This document shows, in pieces, positions 1 to 11,847 of a DNA stretch of 64,000 nucleotides. Source of the stretch: Massalongia carnosa. Its lineage: Eukaryota. Below the pieces are notes generated by a model that was given only the letters and a program-made list of their open reading frames with translations, ran no database searches and had not been told where the DNA came from. The stretch spans positions 620,001-684,000 of the forward strand of contig OZ287079.1 in the NCBI GenBank assembly GCA_965645245.1, written 5' to 3'. Both the position numbers and the translations under genes were made by a program. Each line of letters begins with the position of its first letter. Positions within the stretch are counted from its first letter, which is position 1.

Positions 1-1564
1 GAGAAATATTACGCTGGTGCAGCGCCATCCGCAACGGTAGTAATGGCGGTTTTATAGTTATGGCAAATAGGTGATTACTGGAGGAACCCTCAACTTCCAT
101 AAGATTTTGATGTGATTTTAATGCCTTTTCCTATGAGTATATGCGCCGAAGCGGACAATTCGAGAGATGGTACCCGGATTTCTGTGATCATTCATTGGAT
201 TCATCAGAAGCTATGGAAGATATCCTTGACTGACGATGGAGTGATTCCTTGATCCATCCGCTGCAAATACTTTATTAAGCAAGAAAACCACATCGTGAAA
301 AGCGAACAAAGAATCTGAGAATATGTGATCAGTGGACACCACCAACCAGTAGCAGAGAACTCGTAATCGCCGCCCCAACTGAATTGGTGCTCATCTAGGC
401 TACCAATTGCCCCACTGGCAAGGGAAGCTACAGCGCCGACCGTAGCCACTACATTTTTAATCAGTAGTCCTGCCACCTTGGTTCCAGCCGTCTTTTATTG
501 CTCATAAATAAAATTTAAACTTATAGCTAGGTTCTCTAGCGATCGAGATGCTCTCAAAACGGACGAGCAAAAATCAAGGGTGAGAGTATATCTTGAGTTT
601 TTCCATATAAGCCCTGACATCACCCGACTCTAAGCCTATGAGTGTAGATGGGCAGCTTCCATGCGGACAACAGGCGAAAATCCTCATTAGAGCTACAGAA
701 AAAAACAACATTATTGGCAGGCATGACACCAGGGCCAGGACCGGCCATAGAGGGATCATATGGAATCGTGTAATGCTTATCAAGGATTCGGGGTCGGTAG
801 CACTTCCAATGCGGTCGCCAAGATAGGATACAGCGGAAGCTCCGATTCTCAGAGACGTTTCAGCGGCAGAGTTTACGGCTGGATGACCTATCTCTTGATG
901 TCATCACCGCCCAAGACCACCCCAAGGCTCCCGGACCGCCCTAATCACCTCGGCGCCTAAAGCTTAACGGGATTTTTTTCGCATCGCCCTCGTCCCTATA
1001 GAACGACGATGCCTCGTTCGCCACGGCATTAGTGACGCGTTCCGCTGACGGATCGAGCGGCTGTTATTAGCTTAACGTCTCGATTTCTCGGTTCAGATGA
1101 AGATGATTTACAGTTTGCTGCATGTAGCGCCCCTGCTTGAAAGGAGATCAAATTCAAGTTCCCTAGGATAGTCAGCTATCACAGATTCAGAGCTACTAGG
1201 AACCACCCATCTATTTCTCCATCTGTAAAGCAACCACGGTCCTGTAAGCTTTCGATAGATGATTTGGCATTAGCCTCGTTCAACCAGGATCTCAGCTTCG
1301 TATTTACCCAAGAATGATGTGCGATGGAATAGTTAATGTAGCGGGGTAACATTCTAGACATTAGGCAAATTCTTAGCGTTGCAACGATCTTGTGACCTAG
1401 TTCCAATTTTTTTTATACCAGGACGACTTCACTACTAAAGTCTAGAGTAAACGTAGATTCTCGTTCGTCTCTTCACCGTTTTGAAAGCTAAGGCTTTGTC
1501 TAAAATCTTTCCCATTTAAATTGATTGATACGTTTTTCAGGCGTAGTCTATGTAGCTACCCATT

Positions 1565-2446
1565 CTATTCTCTGCCCCCAATCCCTTGAAGAATTACCCA
1601 CTCAAATAGACTCGCAATGGATTTGCTCACGGCCTCGTTCCGTGGTATATCGTGCCCGCCTTCATGATCATAAACCTTTCTCCGAGCCGGATCGCAAAGG
1701 CCTGCCAGTTGCATGCTGGAGGGCATGATGGGATCCTTGCCCCCATAAATATGAACCGTAGGTATTCTGAAAAACAACTTCTTGGGGATCAACCTAAAGT
1801 CTAATCCGGATGCTTTCGTATCGGCGTCTGGGATCTGGGAGTCGACTGGTGCTGTACCTGGCCCTTGCGTGGTCCATCGCTCTCTGCCGTTTTGGAGAAT
1901 TGCAGCGGAGCTTGCCTGCTGTAGTAATCTCTTACGGGACGCCTCACTTATGTGCCAAGCTTCAGGTGAAACTGGAAGCCCGAGGTCCTCGATGACCGTC
2001 AGAGGCAAACTGCCGCAAATGAAAATGGCTGCTTTGAAGGGCAGCGGTAGCTGCGGTGATTCGGCCTGATGGTAAAGAAAGAGACTGGAGATCAGGGCGC
2101 AGCCTTGGGAAAACATCATAACCCCATCATATGGACCGGAACGAGATATCAATTCGAGAAGCCAGCTATGGGCAGCCCGGATATTCTCTGGTGATGTGGA
2201 GTTCCAGAACGCGTAGTACGGAGGTTTGTAGAAAAGATCGATGCCAGCAGCGGCGGAGCTAGGCAAGGGCCCGTCCACGAAATCAAACTTGATGCTTGGA
2301 TCCAAAATCCTGGCACGGAATGAGGCTGCGCGTAGAATTAGTCAAACCGTGGAGTCGCCCATATAGTGGAAGACCTCATAATTACAAGTCTGAGATTTGA
2401 AAATCGAGCCGCTGGTGCCTTTGCCATGCAGACAGAGGATTCTCAT
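1565..2446 (-). CDS. FSH1/DUF341-family serine hydrolase (2 exons)
   Basis: Exon 1 from ATG 2446 reads MRILCLHGKGTSGSIFKSQT; GT-AG intron about 2326-2385; exon 2 has GPYDGVMMFSQG, HIYGGKD and HEGGHDIP (Ser-Asp-His triad motifs). Confidence 0.9.
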
Positions 2447-3089
2447 TATGAACGACAAAAACTCATAGAAAGTAATGCAAAAGGGATTGCAAGAAACGAA
2501 GATAATCTAGCAGTGATGATACGACAAAAGAGCAGTGAATATCGATCGGTTTCTAAATAAAGTTTGGCTTACGTAGTTATATATTTATATAACTATTTAA
2601 CTAGTTTTGGGAATACACCGAACTTATTTAATCTTCACCGCTAAGATATCATACCCTAGACATATTTTATAAATAGATGATTGGACAACCATTCACATCG
2701 AATTGCGCAAAATTGAGGCTGGGCTTCGTCTCAACTCTCCTCCGCCAATTAGGATCCAAGCTTACCCTTCTCGATTATCTGTACAGGAGAGGTGGCTTCT
2801 CGGATTACTCGTAGGGGAATTGGTATTTACTCGGCCCTTCCTACAACTTTGGGTTAATCTCAACAAAGCCTTTATCCGCAATCTCAATTGCGGTCATACT
2901 TTGCAATACTCCGTACGTTCGGCTCGAGACCAGGGGTAGATGGTTAGTTGTCCCAAAGTTTCGGAACTGAAGGAATTAATCCATGGTTGATATTTAAATT
3001 AGATAGTCTTCAAGCTAAACTGGTTTTGTAAGATCTGTCACTCCCTCCGTTATTGTTTTCCCGAGCTTCTTTGCTTTTATTCATATTAG

Positions 3090-3379
3090 TGTTGAAAATT
3101 CAACTCCTACCAGTACAGTGAACACCTACCAGTTCAATGAACAGAGCACCTACGACTGCCCAAGATGGACAGAGCAACTATAGAAACTGTAGATGCCGTA
3201 TTAGGCTTAGCCTAGAGATTAGATAAGATCGGCTCAGATAATCTTATCACCTCGCTTAGCAGAGGGTGACCAGTTATGGGACAAAGACTGCTGAACAGCA
3301 CTCTTCATCTTTAACATCACGGTCATACATACCATTTTTATCATAGCCATATAGCCATAGTCATATACCTATTTCAACA
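3090..3379 (+). repeat. 5' LTR of copia copy A
   Basis: TGTTGAA...TTCAACA termini; reverse-complement copy at 14357-14646 with about 10 substitutions by manual comparison. Confidence 0.95.
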
Positions 3380-3391
3380 GGTTATGAGCCC
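3380..3391 (+). promoter_or_regulatory. Primer-binding site GGTTATGAGCCC (half tRNA-iMet type, as in Ty5/copia hemiviruses)
   Basis: Immediately follows the LTR CA; mirrored as GGGCTCATAACC at 14345-14356. Confidence 0.85.
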
Positions 3392-3943
3392 GGAAGGGCG
3401 CTATCGATTCAGTCACAAATCGAATTGCTCATCCGCAGCACTACAGTGCATAATAGCTAAGCATCATCGTTCACTAAAAAAATATTAAAAAAAACCCCTT
3501 AGATGCAATACTAAAAATTTCTTTGCGTACTTAGAATTTACCTCACCACGATTATCTATCGTGAACTACGCACACGCATCATTACACGAAATTCAAATGC
3601 ACAATACCTACAAAGACCTTGGACACCAGACAGGCCGTTAGCCCAAAGGCCCAAGGCAATCTCAACAAACCTTTGAATAGCGTGTATGCCTGGAGATTAG
3701 AAGGAATGATGGACCTCTAAAGACCAAAGGATACCGCTATGTCAACTAGGTTCAGGGAGCAGGAAGAGATACAGACCCATCTTGGAAAAGTAGTCCTTCC
3801 TTGCCAAAAGAGATTTCTTGAACGCCACAGAAGGGAAAACATGGAAGTAGTGAAAGTGGAAGATCACTGTTTCATTTAACAGGCCCTGTGCCTGTTAAAT
3901 GAAAACGGTATATCCCTGTTCAGACTCTGTTTTTTCTTGTCGT

Positions 3944-4120
3944 CAAGTGATAGATAAAAGTTCACGAGGATACAAGCCGATGATAGATCAAAGTTCATCA
4001 GGTTACAATCAAGCCACCAAGTGATAGGTAAAAGTTCACTAGGATACAAGCCGATGATAGATCAAAGTTCATCAGACTACAATCAAGCCACCAAGTGTTA
4101 GATAAATTTTCACTAGGATA
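3944..4120 (+). repeat. 74 bp tandem repeat in copia leader (about 2.4 units)
   Basis: Unit CAAGTGATAGATAAAAGTTCAC...TACAATCAAGCCAC repeated. Confidence 0.9.
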
Positions 4121-4311
4121 TGGGCTTGGAGCAAATATTGCTAGGACAATGAGGTGCATGATGATAAGTAAAAGGAATGCTGCTTGTTTTTCTCATAAGG
4201 AGAAGTCAACACATCATCCTCCTACTTTATCCCTCACACATTGTATTATAGAACTCTAAGATATAAAAATCAAGTTCTTCATTCACAAGCTTTCTACTCT
4301 TCATTCACAAG

Positions 4312-5253
4312 ATGTCTAGTTCTACTCAAGACGTGATTCAGTTGTTAGAAAAAGCGGAAGATTATCCACAATGGGTTGTGCACACCGAGGGCATTCTGAA
4401 GCAAAAGAATTGTATCTTTGCTATTCAAGACAACATTCCCGCTATCACGTATCAGACAGTCAAGCGCAAGTACTTGGAGATGGGCTTCACCGAGGCGAAT
4501 CTCAAGGATGAACAAATCTTTACCAAAGTCGGAGCTGACGTTGAAAAGCAGAGCCTTCTCATGCTCAAGGCCGAAGGAATCATTCAAATGCGTGTCGCCC
4601 CACAGCATCACACTCTGATATCAACCTGCACAGCTGGCGATATGTGGAGAATCTTGAAGATCAAGTTTCAGGACATCGCACCCATGAGCATCACCGACAT
4701 TCTCTACAACATGAACTCCAAGAAGATGACGAATTATGAGAATGTCACTCAATACTGCGCTGAGTATGAAAAAGCATTGAACTCCATAAAAGGCATGATA
4801 GATGAGGACTCGGAACTGAATGCAAAGGGAGCAGAACAAGTCCTTCAAGGATACTTGTTACGAAACGTCATCGAGGACTATCTACCCCTTATAGCTCAAC
4901 TTCGTCGGGATTGGATTACTGGCAGATCGAACCTCACGACTGCATGCAGATCAATCACCGCTTACTCCATCAGCAGGCCAGAGAGGAAGGCACTCCACAT
5001 CAATGCTTCCAGAACTGGCGTTGCCGGAAACAACGGAAAAGCACCACCAGGAACTTGCATCTTTCCAGAATGTGTCCGAAGAGGGCGGACTTCCCACTTA
5101 CTAGAGAAATGCTTTCAGAAATACCCAAATCTGAGACGTCAAACATACCCCTTGGAGTCTATGAAGACAAGAGGAACAAGGACCTCTGATTCCAAAACGG
5201 AAACGGTCCCGACATCCACCTTATCAACAGACCTGCCAACTGTGAGCAGTTGA
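4312..5253 (+). CDS. gag: copia Gag (313 aa)
   Basis: Follows LTR leader; MWRILK..F motif and atypical C-x4-C-x7-H-x4-C knuckle (CIFPECVRRGRTSHLLEKC). Confidence 0.85.
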   Translation: MSSSTQDVIQLLEKAEDYPQWVVHTEGILKQKNCIFAIQDNIPAITYQTVKRKYLEMGFTEANLKDEQIFTKVGADVEKQSLLMLKAEGIIQMRVAPQHHTLISTCTAGDMWRILKIKFQDIAPMSITDILYNMNSKKMTNYENVTQYCAEYEKALNSIKGMIDEDSELNAKGAEQVLQGYLLRNVIEDYLPLIAQLRRDWITGRSNLTTACRSITAYSISRPERKALHINASRTGVAGNNGKAPPGTCIFPECVRRGRTSHLLEKCFQKYPNLRRQTYPLESMKTRGTRTSDSKTETVPTSTLSTDLPTVSS

Positions 5254-8209
5254 CTCACAAAGGTCATGACCGTTAGACTACAGAAGGTCATGACTATGAC
5301 AAGTCTCAGTAGAAGTTCTTGGCTATTGGACAGCGCGGCAAATATGCATGTATGCAATCACAGACCCTCTTTCACTGACTACATAGACTATCCTACAGGA
5401 CTAGCAGGATCAACGTCCACAGGCACATCGCCAGGAAGAGGGACTATTCAAAAAACTTTGACATCAGAGGACGGATCACCTTGTTCAGTTTTGACCCTCA
5501 ACAATGTACTTTACATTCCTCAATGCCCTGTGAGCCTCGTCAGCCTTGGACTACTCAATCAGCATTCTATTTTCTATGATAACTCGAACTGGAGACTGTT
5601 CCTTGAACATACCAAGAAAATCATATGTTATGTACCCAGAGTTAACAGCAACTTCATGCTACAAACCATAGACACTCTAGATATGAGGATGCATCTGAAC
5701 AAGATTGACGAGAACACTTATCAAGAAGAAAACGTCGCTATTCATCAAACTTTCATAAAATTCAAGCTCACAACTTGGCATGCACGTCTTGGTCATCTCA
5801 ACATACCGACATGCCGAAAGTACCTGAAAACACTGAACATAACGTTTGTTGACGATATCAATCAGGGTTGGTTCTGTCATGCTTGCGAGATGGGGAAAGC
5901 CACCAAGATATACAATCGAACTCCACAAGAGAAAGCCACGGAGATCTTCCAGAAAATAAACTCCGACATGGTAGGACCAATCAAACCAGTAGGGCTCCTT
6001 GAAGAGCTCTACTTCTTCACCTTCACCTGTGACGCCAGCAGATACACTCATGTTTATACGGGACACAAAAAAAGTGAATGGTTTGATCACTTGTTGACAT
6101 ACAACAACATGGCTCAAAACAAATCTGGGAAAGCGAAACCAATAAGCATCTTTCGCACTGACTTCGGCACAGAACTACGCAGTCACAAGTCAGATAACTG
6201 GTTCCTTCAACAAGGTATAATATATGAACCTTCCGCCACATATTCTCAAGAAGAAAACGGTGTCGCAGAACGAATGGGTAGGACCATCATGGACATGACA
6301 AGATGCACAGTTATTGGTGGAGAAATTCCAGATTATCTGTGGACAGAAATCGTTTTAGCCATGGTTCACACCAAAAACGTTAGACCAACAAACGCCTTGG
6401 GAGGTAAAACCCCCTATGAAGTCTTTGAGAACAAACCACCCAAGCTAGATCACTTTAGAGTACTTGGATCCACCGTTTATGCATTGATTCATGAACAAGA
6501 GCGAAAGGGAATGAACAGCAAGTCTGCAAAATTCGCCCCAAGAGCTCAGAAAGGAATCTTGTGTGGATATGACGGAAACACTATCTATCGCGTCTTCCTG
6601 GAAAAAGACTACAAGGTCATTCGAGTCAAAGATCTACGAATTCATGAAGATGCCATAGACAAGAATGAGACTGATCTGCCTACATACGATTCCGTGATGA
6701 TTGTTGAAGAAGATGAGAATCTGCCTAAAGCCATTTCCAACTCTTCCAGAACTCAAGCACGGTTAAATCCCGAAGTCACTGAAGCTTCAAAACAAGGAAG
6801 AGGTAGGCCCAGGAAACATGCTCATGTAGCACAAGTACTGGCCCTTCTGTCTAATGAAGCACTGACTGAACTAGAGCATATCTTCACAACGGTAGACAAA
6901 GATGAAGAAGATCCACTCATACTTCTAGCCAAGGAAATGGAAAAAGAGGGAGCAGCAAACCTAAACGATCTTGATGCGTTCGTTCAATCAGACATAGCTG
7001 AGCCACAGACATATCATCAAGCAATGAACTCCAGCTATTCAAACGAATGGAGCCTGGCAATGAACGAAGAGCACAAGAGCCTCATGGAAAACAACACCTG
7101 GGACACTGTACCTATCGAAACCATGAAACTTGGACACATAGCATTAAGCGGTAAGTGGGTATACAAGCTAAAGAAAGATGTGAATGGAAACATCACCCGC
7201 TTCAAAGCTAGATGGGTCGTCAAGGGATATCTACAACAATATGGAGTAGACTTCGATCAAACCTTCGCTTCTGTGGTCAAGCCGATGGCCTTTCGTCTGA
7301 TATTCGCATTAGCTGCTTATCATGACTTGGATATCGAACAACTCGATATAGTGACAGCTTTCCTCAATGGCTTCATTGATCAACTCATCTATGTTCACAT
7401 GCCAAAAGGTTATGACGTACCCGGCATGATATGTAAACTGAAAAAGGCCCTGTATGGTCTAAAACAGTCTCCTCGCCTCTGGTATGAACGACTTTCTACC
7501 TTTCTGCTGCGAAAATTAGGACTCGAGAAGCTTCACGCAGACCACAGCATCTTCGCCACACCTCAAGGCATAAAAGGTCCCATCGTTACTTCTTTCGTTG
7601 ATGATCTGAACATCATAGGTCCAAAGGGCTCCCCAATGATCACCGAAGTCAAGAGACAACTCAAGCTAGCATTCAAAATGGTAGACATGGGACCGATCAG
7701 TTACTACTTAGGTCTCAAGGTTGAACGAGATCGAGTCAAAAGGATCATCAAGCTATCTCAACCAACCTATATTGAGAAAGTGCTAGAAAGATTTCATATG
7801 CAAAATGCAAAAACAGCCAATACTCCCATGCGAGAAGAATGTCTTTTCACCAATGAATCCCAAGCCTCCGACAAAGACATTAGACAATATCAAACCATTG
7901 TTGGATCCATCATGTTCGCGATGATAGAAACAAGACCCGACATTGCTTTTGCAACATCTGCAGTCAGTCGACATTCGAAAAATCCAAGCAGGACACACAT
8001 GGAAGCGGCCAAACATATTCTCAGGTATCTTAGCGCTACCAAGGACAGAGGTATCACCTTCGGCGGAGGAGACCTGACAATACAAGGGTATTCCGATTCC
8101 GACTAGGCCAGAGACAAGGAAGAACGCAAGTCAACATCTGGTTATGTCTTCATGTTAAACAATGAACCGATAAGCTGGTGCTCCAAAAGACAAACAACCG
8201 TCGCATTAT
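5254..8209 (+). CDS. pol: copia Pol (protease, integrase, RT, partial RNase H); TAG at 8104 replaces conserved Trp
   Basis: WLLDSAAN protease; WHARLGH..CHAC and DDE integrase; FKARWV, LYGLKQS, FVDD RT; GYSDSD*ARD..RKSTSGY RNase H start. Confidence 0.95.
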
Positions 8210-8487
8210 AATATTTGCTCCAAGCCCATGATGATGATGATAAATTCTTACACCGATATGTCACCGGCCGAAGGCCGGCCCATGCGGGCGTGGTTCTATA
8301 TGACTATTGTACATAGGAAAACCTTTTAAGGAATAAAAACCTAGTAACCAAAATTATCGCCTGCGGGATCCCCATGACCCCTCAGTGTACCTAATAACGT
8401 GTATCTGTGAGGTCCTTGAAGGAAAACGGAAAAGAACGAAAGAAAAGGGGAAGAGGTCAAACATTTCAAATGCTGTGTCGACGGGAA

Positions 8488-11400
8488 CTATCCGTACAAC
8501 ATGGTCGCTGCAATTGAAAACTGTTTTAGTATATCTGCCCGCATTAACCATGCTGTCAGCTTTTTCAATTTTGCGGAATTTTCAATTATCGTGCGATAAT
8601 TGTTAGTTTTCACTTGATTAAATAATTCATTTCTTCCGTCTATCAGCTGACAGTGCATGATGACGTGTTTGGCCGTCTGCCTTGGCCATCCACATATGCA
8701 CGCCGGTGAGTTTACATTGGGTACCCTTCGGTTGAAAAGAAAGTTGGCTAGCCCGATTTTCTCCGTGCGAATTTGCGTTGCTAGTGAACTCTCCGCTTTT
8801 GCCAAATTGCTGTGAATTTTTAATCTCTTTTTGTCAAGCGAAGCTTGTTGAGCCTCGGTGGGGAGTGGAATGCGATTTTGATAAGTCGCCCATGTTGACT
8901 TCCATATTTTCATATGATGCTCCATGAGCCGCGTATGATGTGCCCGTTGGGCCGTTCGCGCTTCTCTCAGCTCCTTGAGATATTCTGGACTGGCCTCGTA
9001 CCACGGGGGCGCGGAAGGCGGTAATCTGACGGCGGCCTCTCCATTTAAAATTGCCTTGGCCCATGTGTGTTTCAGTTCTCCGGGTGTTGGCGGCGGAGTT
9101 TTTCTTCGACCCGCTCTTTCCCGTAGCTTATTAGCTATTATCTTGCATGCGGAGTTAGCGAGTGCTTTTTGCCCCGTGATTCGTAGTCGATATCTGGCTT
9201 TAGCCTGTAGTTGATCCAAATACACATCTATTGGGGCTATGTGTGTTTCTGCCTCCAGCACCGGTATCGGGGTAGCCTTGAACGCTCCGGCGACTGTGCG
9301 TAGGCATCTGTTCTGAATGACCGCCAAATTGGACGTTATAGATTTATTTCTATTTACGTCTTTCGGGGTGTGCCAGACGATTGAACCATATGTCATGGCC
9401 GGCCGCACCACCGCCGTGTATACTTGCCTGGCCCTAGCGAACGAAGCTCCCCAGGTAGACGTGGAAATTTTTGTTAAGGCCATGCTCTGCTTGACCATCT
9501 TCTCCTGCGTTTTCCGTATGTGAGCACCCCACTTAAGTTTGGTATCTATTTGAAGACCGAGTATTCTTATATCCGCTTTTGGTTTGATTAGGCTGTTTTC
9601 TATATTAATAGTAGCCGTCATATCAAATTTCTTTGGATTTCTAGATAAATGAATAAGCTCGTACTTAGTCGGAGCAAATAAGGATCCGTGCCGTAGAGCC
9701 CATCTTTCACATTCTCTGTGAATTCTTTCTAGCGTTCTGCAATTTTCTTGCGTGCTTTTCCCATATGCTAGTACATTGATGTCATCGACGAATCCGAGTC
9801 CGCTCGTTTTCGTGCCGGGCCTGTTACATATGTCTAGTAAATCCGCATTGTAGAACAAATACAGAATGGGAGAGATGGGTGAACCTTGCGGAATTCCGGT
9901 TCTCGCATCAAACTCGTCGGTGGTTCGTCGGTTGATCGTAAGAGTGGTCCTGTTTTTCAAAAAGCATTCTATCCAGTTGGTGACCCACTGTGGAATTTTT
10001 CTTCTTCGAAGATTGTGGATCAGTCTTTGATGCGAAACCGTGTCGTACGCGCCGGCCACATCCATGCTGAGCAGCGTGGCAACTTTATCATTACCTTGAC
10101 CCCACACTGTGTGAATCTGTTCGGTTAACAGCTCTAGTGCTGACTCGGTGGACCTTTCCCGTCTGGCTCCCATCTGGGTGCCTGGTAGTAACTCGTGCTT
10201 TTCGGCCATGTGAGTGATCTTGCTTGCCATGATGGCTTCCATCACCTTGCCTAGCGTATTCAGCAGTGCTATCGGGCGATAGGCCTTCGGCGTTTCGTAA
10301 TTGTCTTTGCCCGCCTTTTTCAGCGTTATCGTGTGCGCTGTTCTGAATGCTCGCGGGTGATATCCCAGATTTACGCACGCCTGAAATAGAGGAGTTAACA
10401 ACTCGGTCAGCGTCTCAGAGCACGCTTTGAGAACTCTATTGGGTATGCCATCCGGTCCAGGAGCCGTGTCGGGTTTGAGGCGTAGAATGTTCGTGAGCAC
10501 CTCTTTCTTCGTTATGACTGTTGGGCACTCCGAGGCTGCCGGATAGACCGACCCGGGTATGTCCTGTAGATCTGCCGGAGGTGGAGCAGGAAAGAAGATG
10601 CCTTTCAGCATTTCAGCCTTCTCTTCGAAGGTGTTCGCGCTGTGATTGTTGAAAGTCAGTGTTGGCATTTTTGGTGTTTCGCGCGCCTTGTGACTCTTGT
10701 CCTTTGCCCATTTCGCCAGCCGCCATATGCCCTGAGATGATTCAGACGCTTTACTGATCTCGTTTCGGAATGACAATGTTTTGGCTTTGTTGATTATCTT
10801 TTGCTTTTTGTCATTCGATTTCATGTACGTTTTCCAGTCATTGATATTTCGAGAGGCTGTCCAAATTTTTCGAATTCTGCGTGTTTCTCTCATGGCGTTG
10901 TTGCAGTCCTCGTTCCAGAATGGTTTTGCATAAGCACTAGGCCTTGCCCATGGAACGGCCGCAGATATTATTTCATGTAAGAACTTTTGTATTTTATCCG
11001 TCTGTCGATCAATCTCCTCCACTGTGCGAGGAAGTGTTATCGGGGGAGCGTTGCATTCTGCTGTTCTCAACTTTTCCATGTTCAGCAGCTTCCAGGCTCT
11101 GCGTTTTGTCTGTGTTAGCGTCTCACTTTCCAAAGAGATGCGGGAGGATATCGGAATGTGATCGGATGACTGATTGAGTTCTGGTCTTGACATGCAGTGA
11201 ATTAGCCTCTCTGTTAGGAATTCTGACATGAAAACCAAATCGATGGTGCTGAATGAGTTTCGGGCTTCCCATGTGACGGTTCCATTAGGCAGGGTTAGCG
11301 ACAGATTGGCTTCATCGACTATATCTAGCAGCTGATCCGTGGCTGCGTGTTTCGTGGGTCTGGTGGCTCCATTCCAGAAAGGATGATGTAGATTAAAATC

Positions 11401-11847
11401 CCCGAGTAAGATGTGATGAGCGTCGGCGGAGAGCTGGCGTTGAGCATCTGGGAGGGTGGAGGGGCTGTCTCTTGAAGAATATGAGGTGGGTGATGGATTA
11501 TAGACGTTGTGAATGTGTATTTCCTTGTGGCTTCCGTCATTCTTGCGGGGGTGCAATATCAATGTGCATATGTCAGCGGTTGGAAATTCTACTTTCCAGC
11601 TTTCCGGATCTATTTTATCGTTGATGTAGAAGCACACTCTCGTGTCACCTCCTGGCCGATAGAGTAGATGAAAGCCGCTTTGATGCGGGCTGAGCGTGGT
11701 CGCAGCGTGGGGGTTGCGCCACGGCTCCTGGATTGCTATGATGTCGTAGTCCTGTATATTTGAATCCGCTAGCAATGGTATCATAGTACTTACGCGATCA
11801 TTTCTGACATTGTACTGTAGGATGCTAATTGATTTTTTGTCCTTCAT
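8488..11847 (-). CDS. LINE ORF2: AP endonuclease, reverse transcriptase, C-terminal CCHC; no RNase H seen
   Basis: LQYNV, IAIQEPW, LLGDFNLHH, SSDH (APE); YRPIALL, GIPQGSPISP, FVDD (RT); CICG..QTAKHVIMHC. Confidence 0.95.
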   Translation of the reverse strand: MKDKKSISILQYNVRNDRVSTMIPLLADSNIQDYDIIAIQEPWRNPHAATTLSPHQSGFHLLYRPGGDTRVCFYINDKIDPESWKVEFPTADICTLILHPRKNDGSHKEIHIHNVYNPSPTSYSSRDSPSTLPDAQRQLSADAHHILLGDFNLHHPFWNGATRPTKHAATDQLLDIVDEANLSLTLPNGTVTWEARNSFSTIDLVFMSEFLTERLIHCMSRPELNQSSDHIPISSRISLESETLTQTKRRAWKLLNMEKLRTAECNAPPITLPRTVEEIDRQTDKIQKFLHEIISAAVPWARPSAYAKPFWNEDCNNAMRETRRIRKIWTASRNINDWKTYMKSNDKKQKIINKAKTLSFRNEISKASESSQGIWRLAKWAKDKSHKARETPKMPTLTFNNHSANTFEEKAEMLKGIFFPAPPPADLQDIPGSVYPAASECPTVITKKEVLTNILRLKPDTAPGPDGIPNRVLKACSETLTELLTPLFQACVNLGYHPRAFRTAHTITLKKAGKDNYETPKAYRPIALLNTLGKVMEAIMASKITHMAEKHELLPGTQMGARRERSTESALELLTEQIHTVWGQGNDKVATLLSMDVAGAYDTVSHQRLIHNLRRRKIPQWVTNWIECFLKNRTTLTINRRTTDEFDARTGIPQGSPISPILYLFYNADLLDICNRPGTKTSGLGFVDDINVLAYGKSTQENCRTLERIHRECERWALRHGSLFAPTKYELIHLSRNPKKFDMTATINIENSLIKPKADIRILGLQIDTKLKWGAHIRKTQEKMVKQSMALTKISTSTWGASFARARQVYTAVVRPAMTYGSIVWHTPKDVNRNKSITSNLAVIQNRCLRTVAGAFKATPIPVLEAETHIAPIDVYLDQLQAKARYRLRITGQKALANSACKIIANKLRERAGRRKTPPPTPGELKHTWAKAILNGEAAVRLPPSAPPWYEASPEYLKELREARTAQRAHHTRLMEHHMKIWKSTWATYQNRIPLPTEAQQASLDKKRLKIHSNLAKAESSLATQIRTEKIGLANFLFNRRVPNVNSPACICGWPRQTAKHVIMHCQLIDGRNELFNQVKTNNYRTIIENSAKLKKLTAWLMRADILKQFSIAATMLYG

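Larger units (their letters stand above)
3090..8209 (+). mobile_element. Ty1/copia LTR retrotransposon copy A, 3'-truncated inside RNase H
   Basis: 290 bp LTR, PBS, about 930 bp leader, gag, then PR-IN-RT order; sequence breaks off after [13 protein letters not shown]; no 3' LTR. Confidence 0.95.

Noticed and set aside
1..1560. Short ORFs (60-90 aa) at the window start
   Set aside because: No recognisable motif or consistent exon structure; may be decayed sequence.
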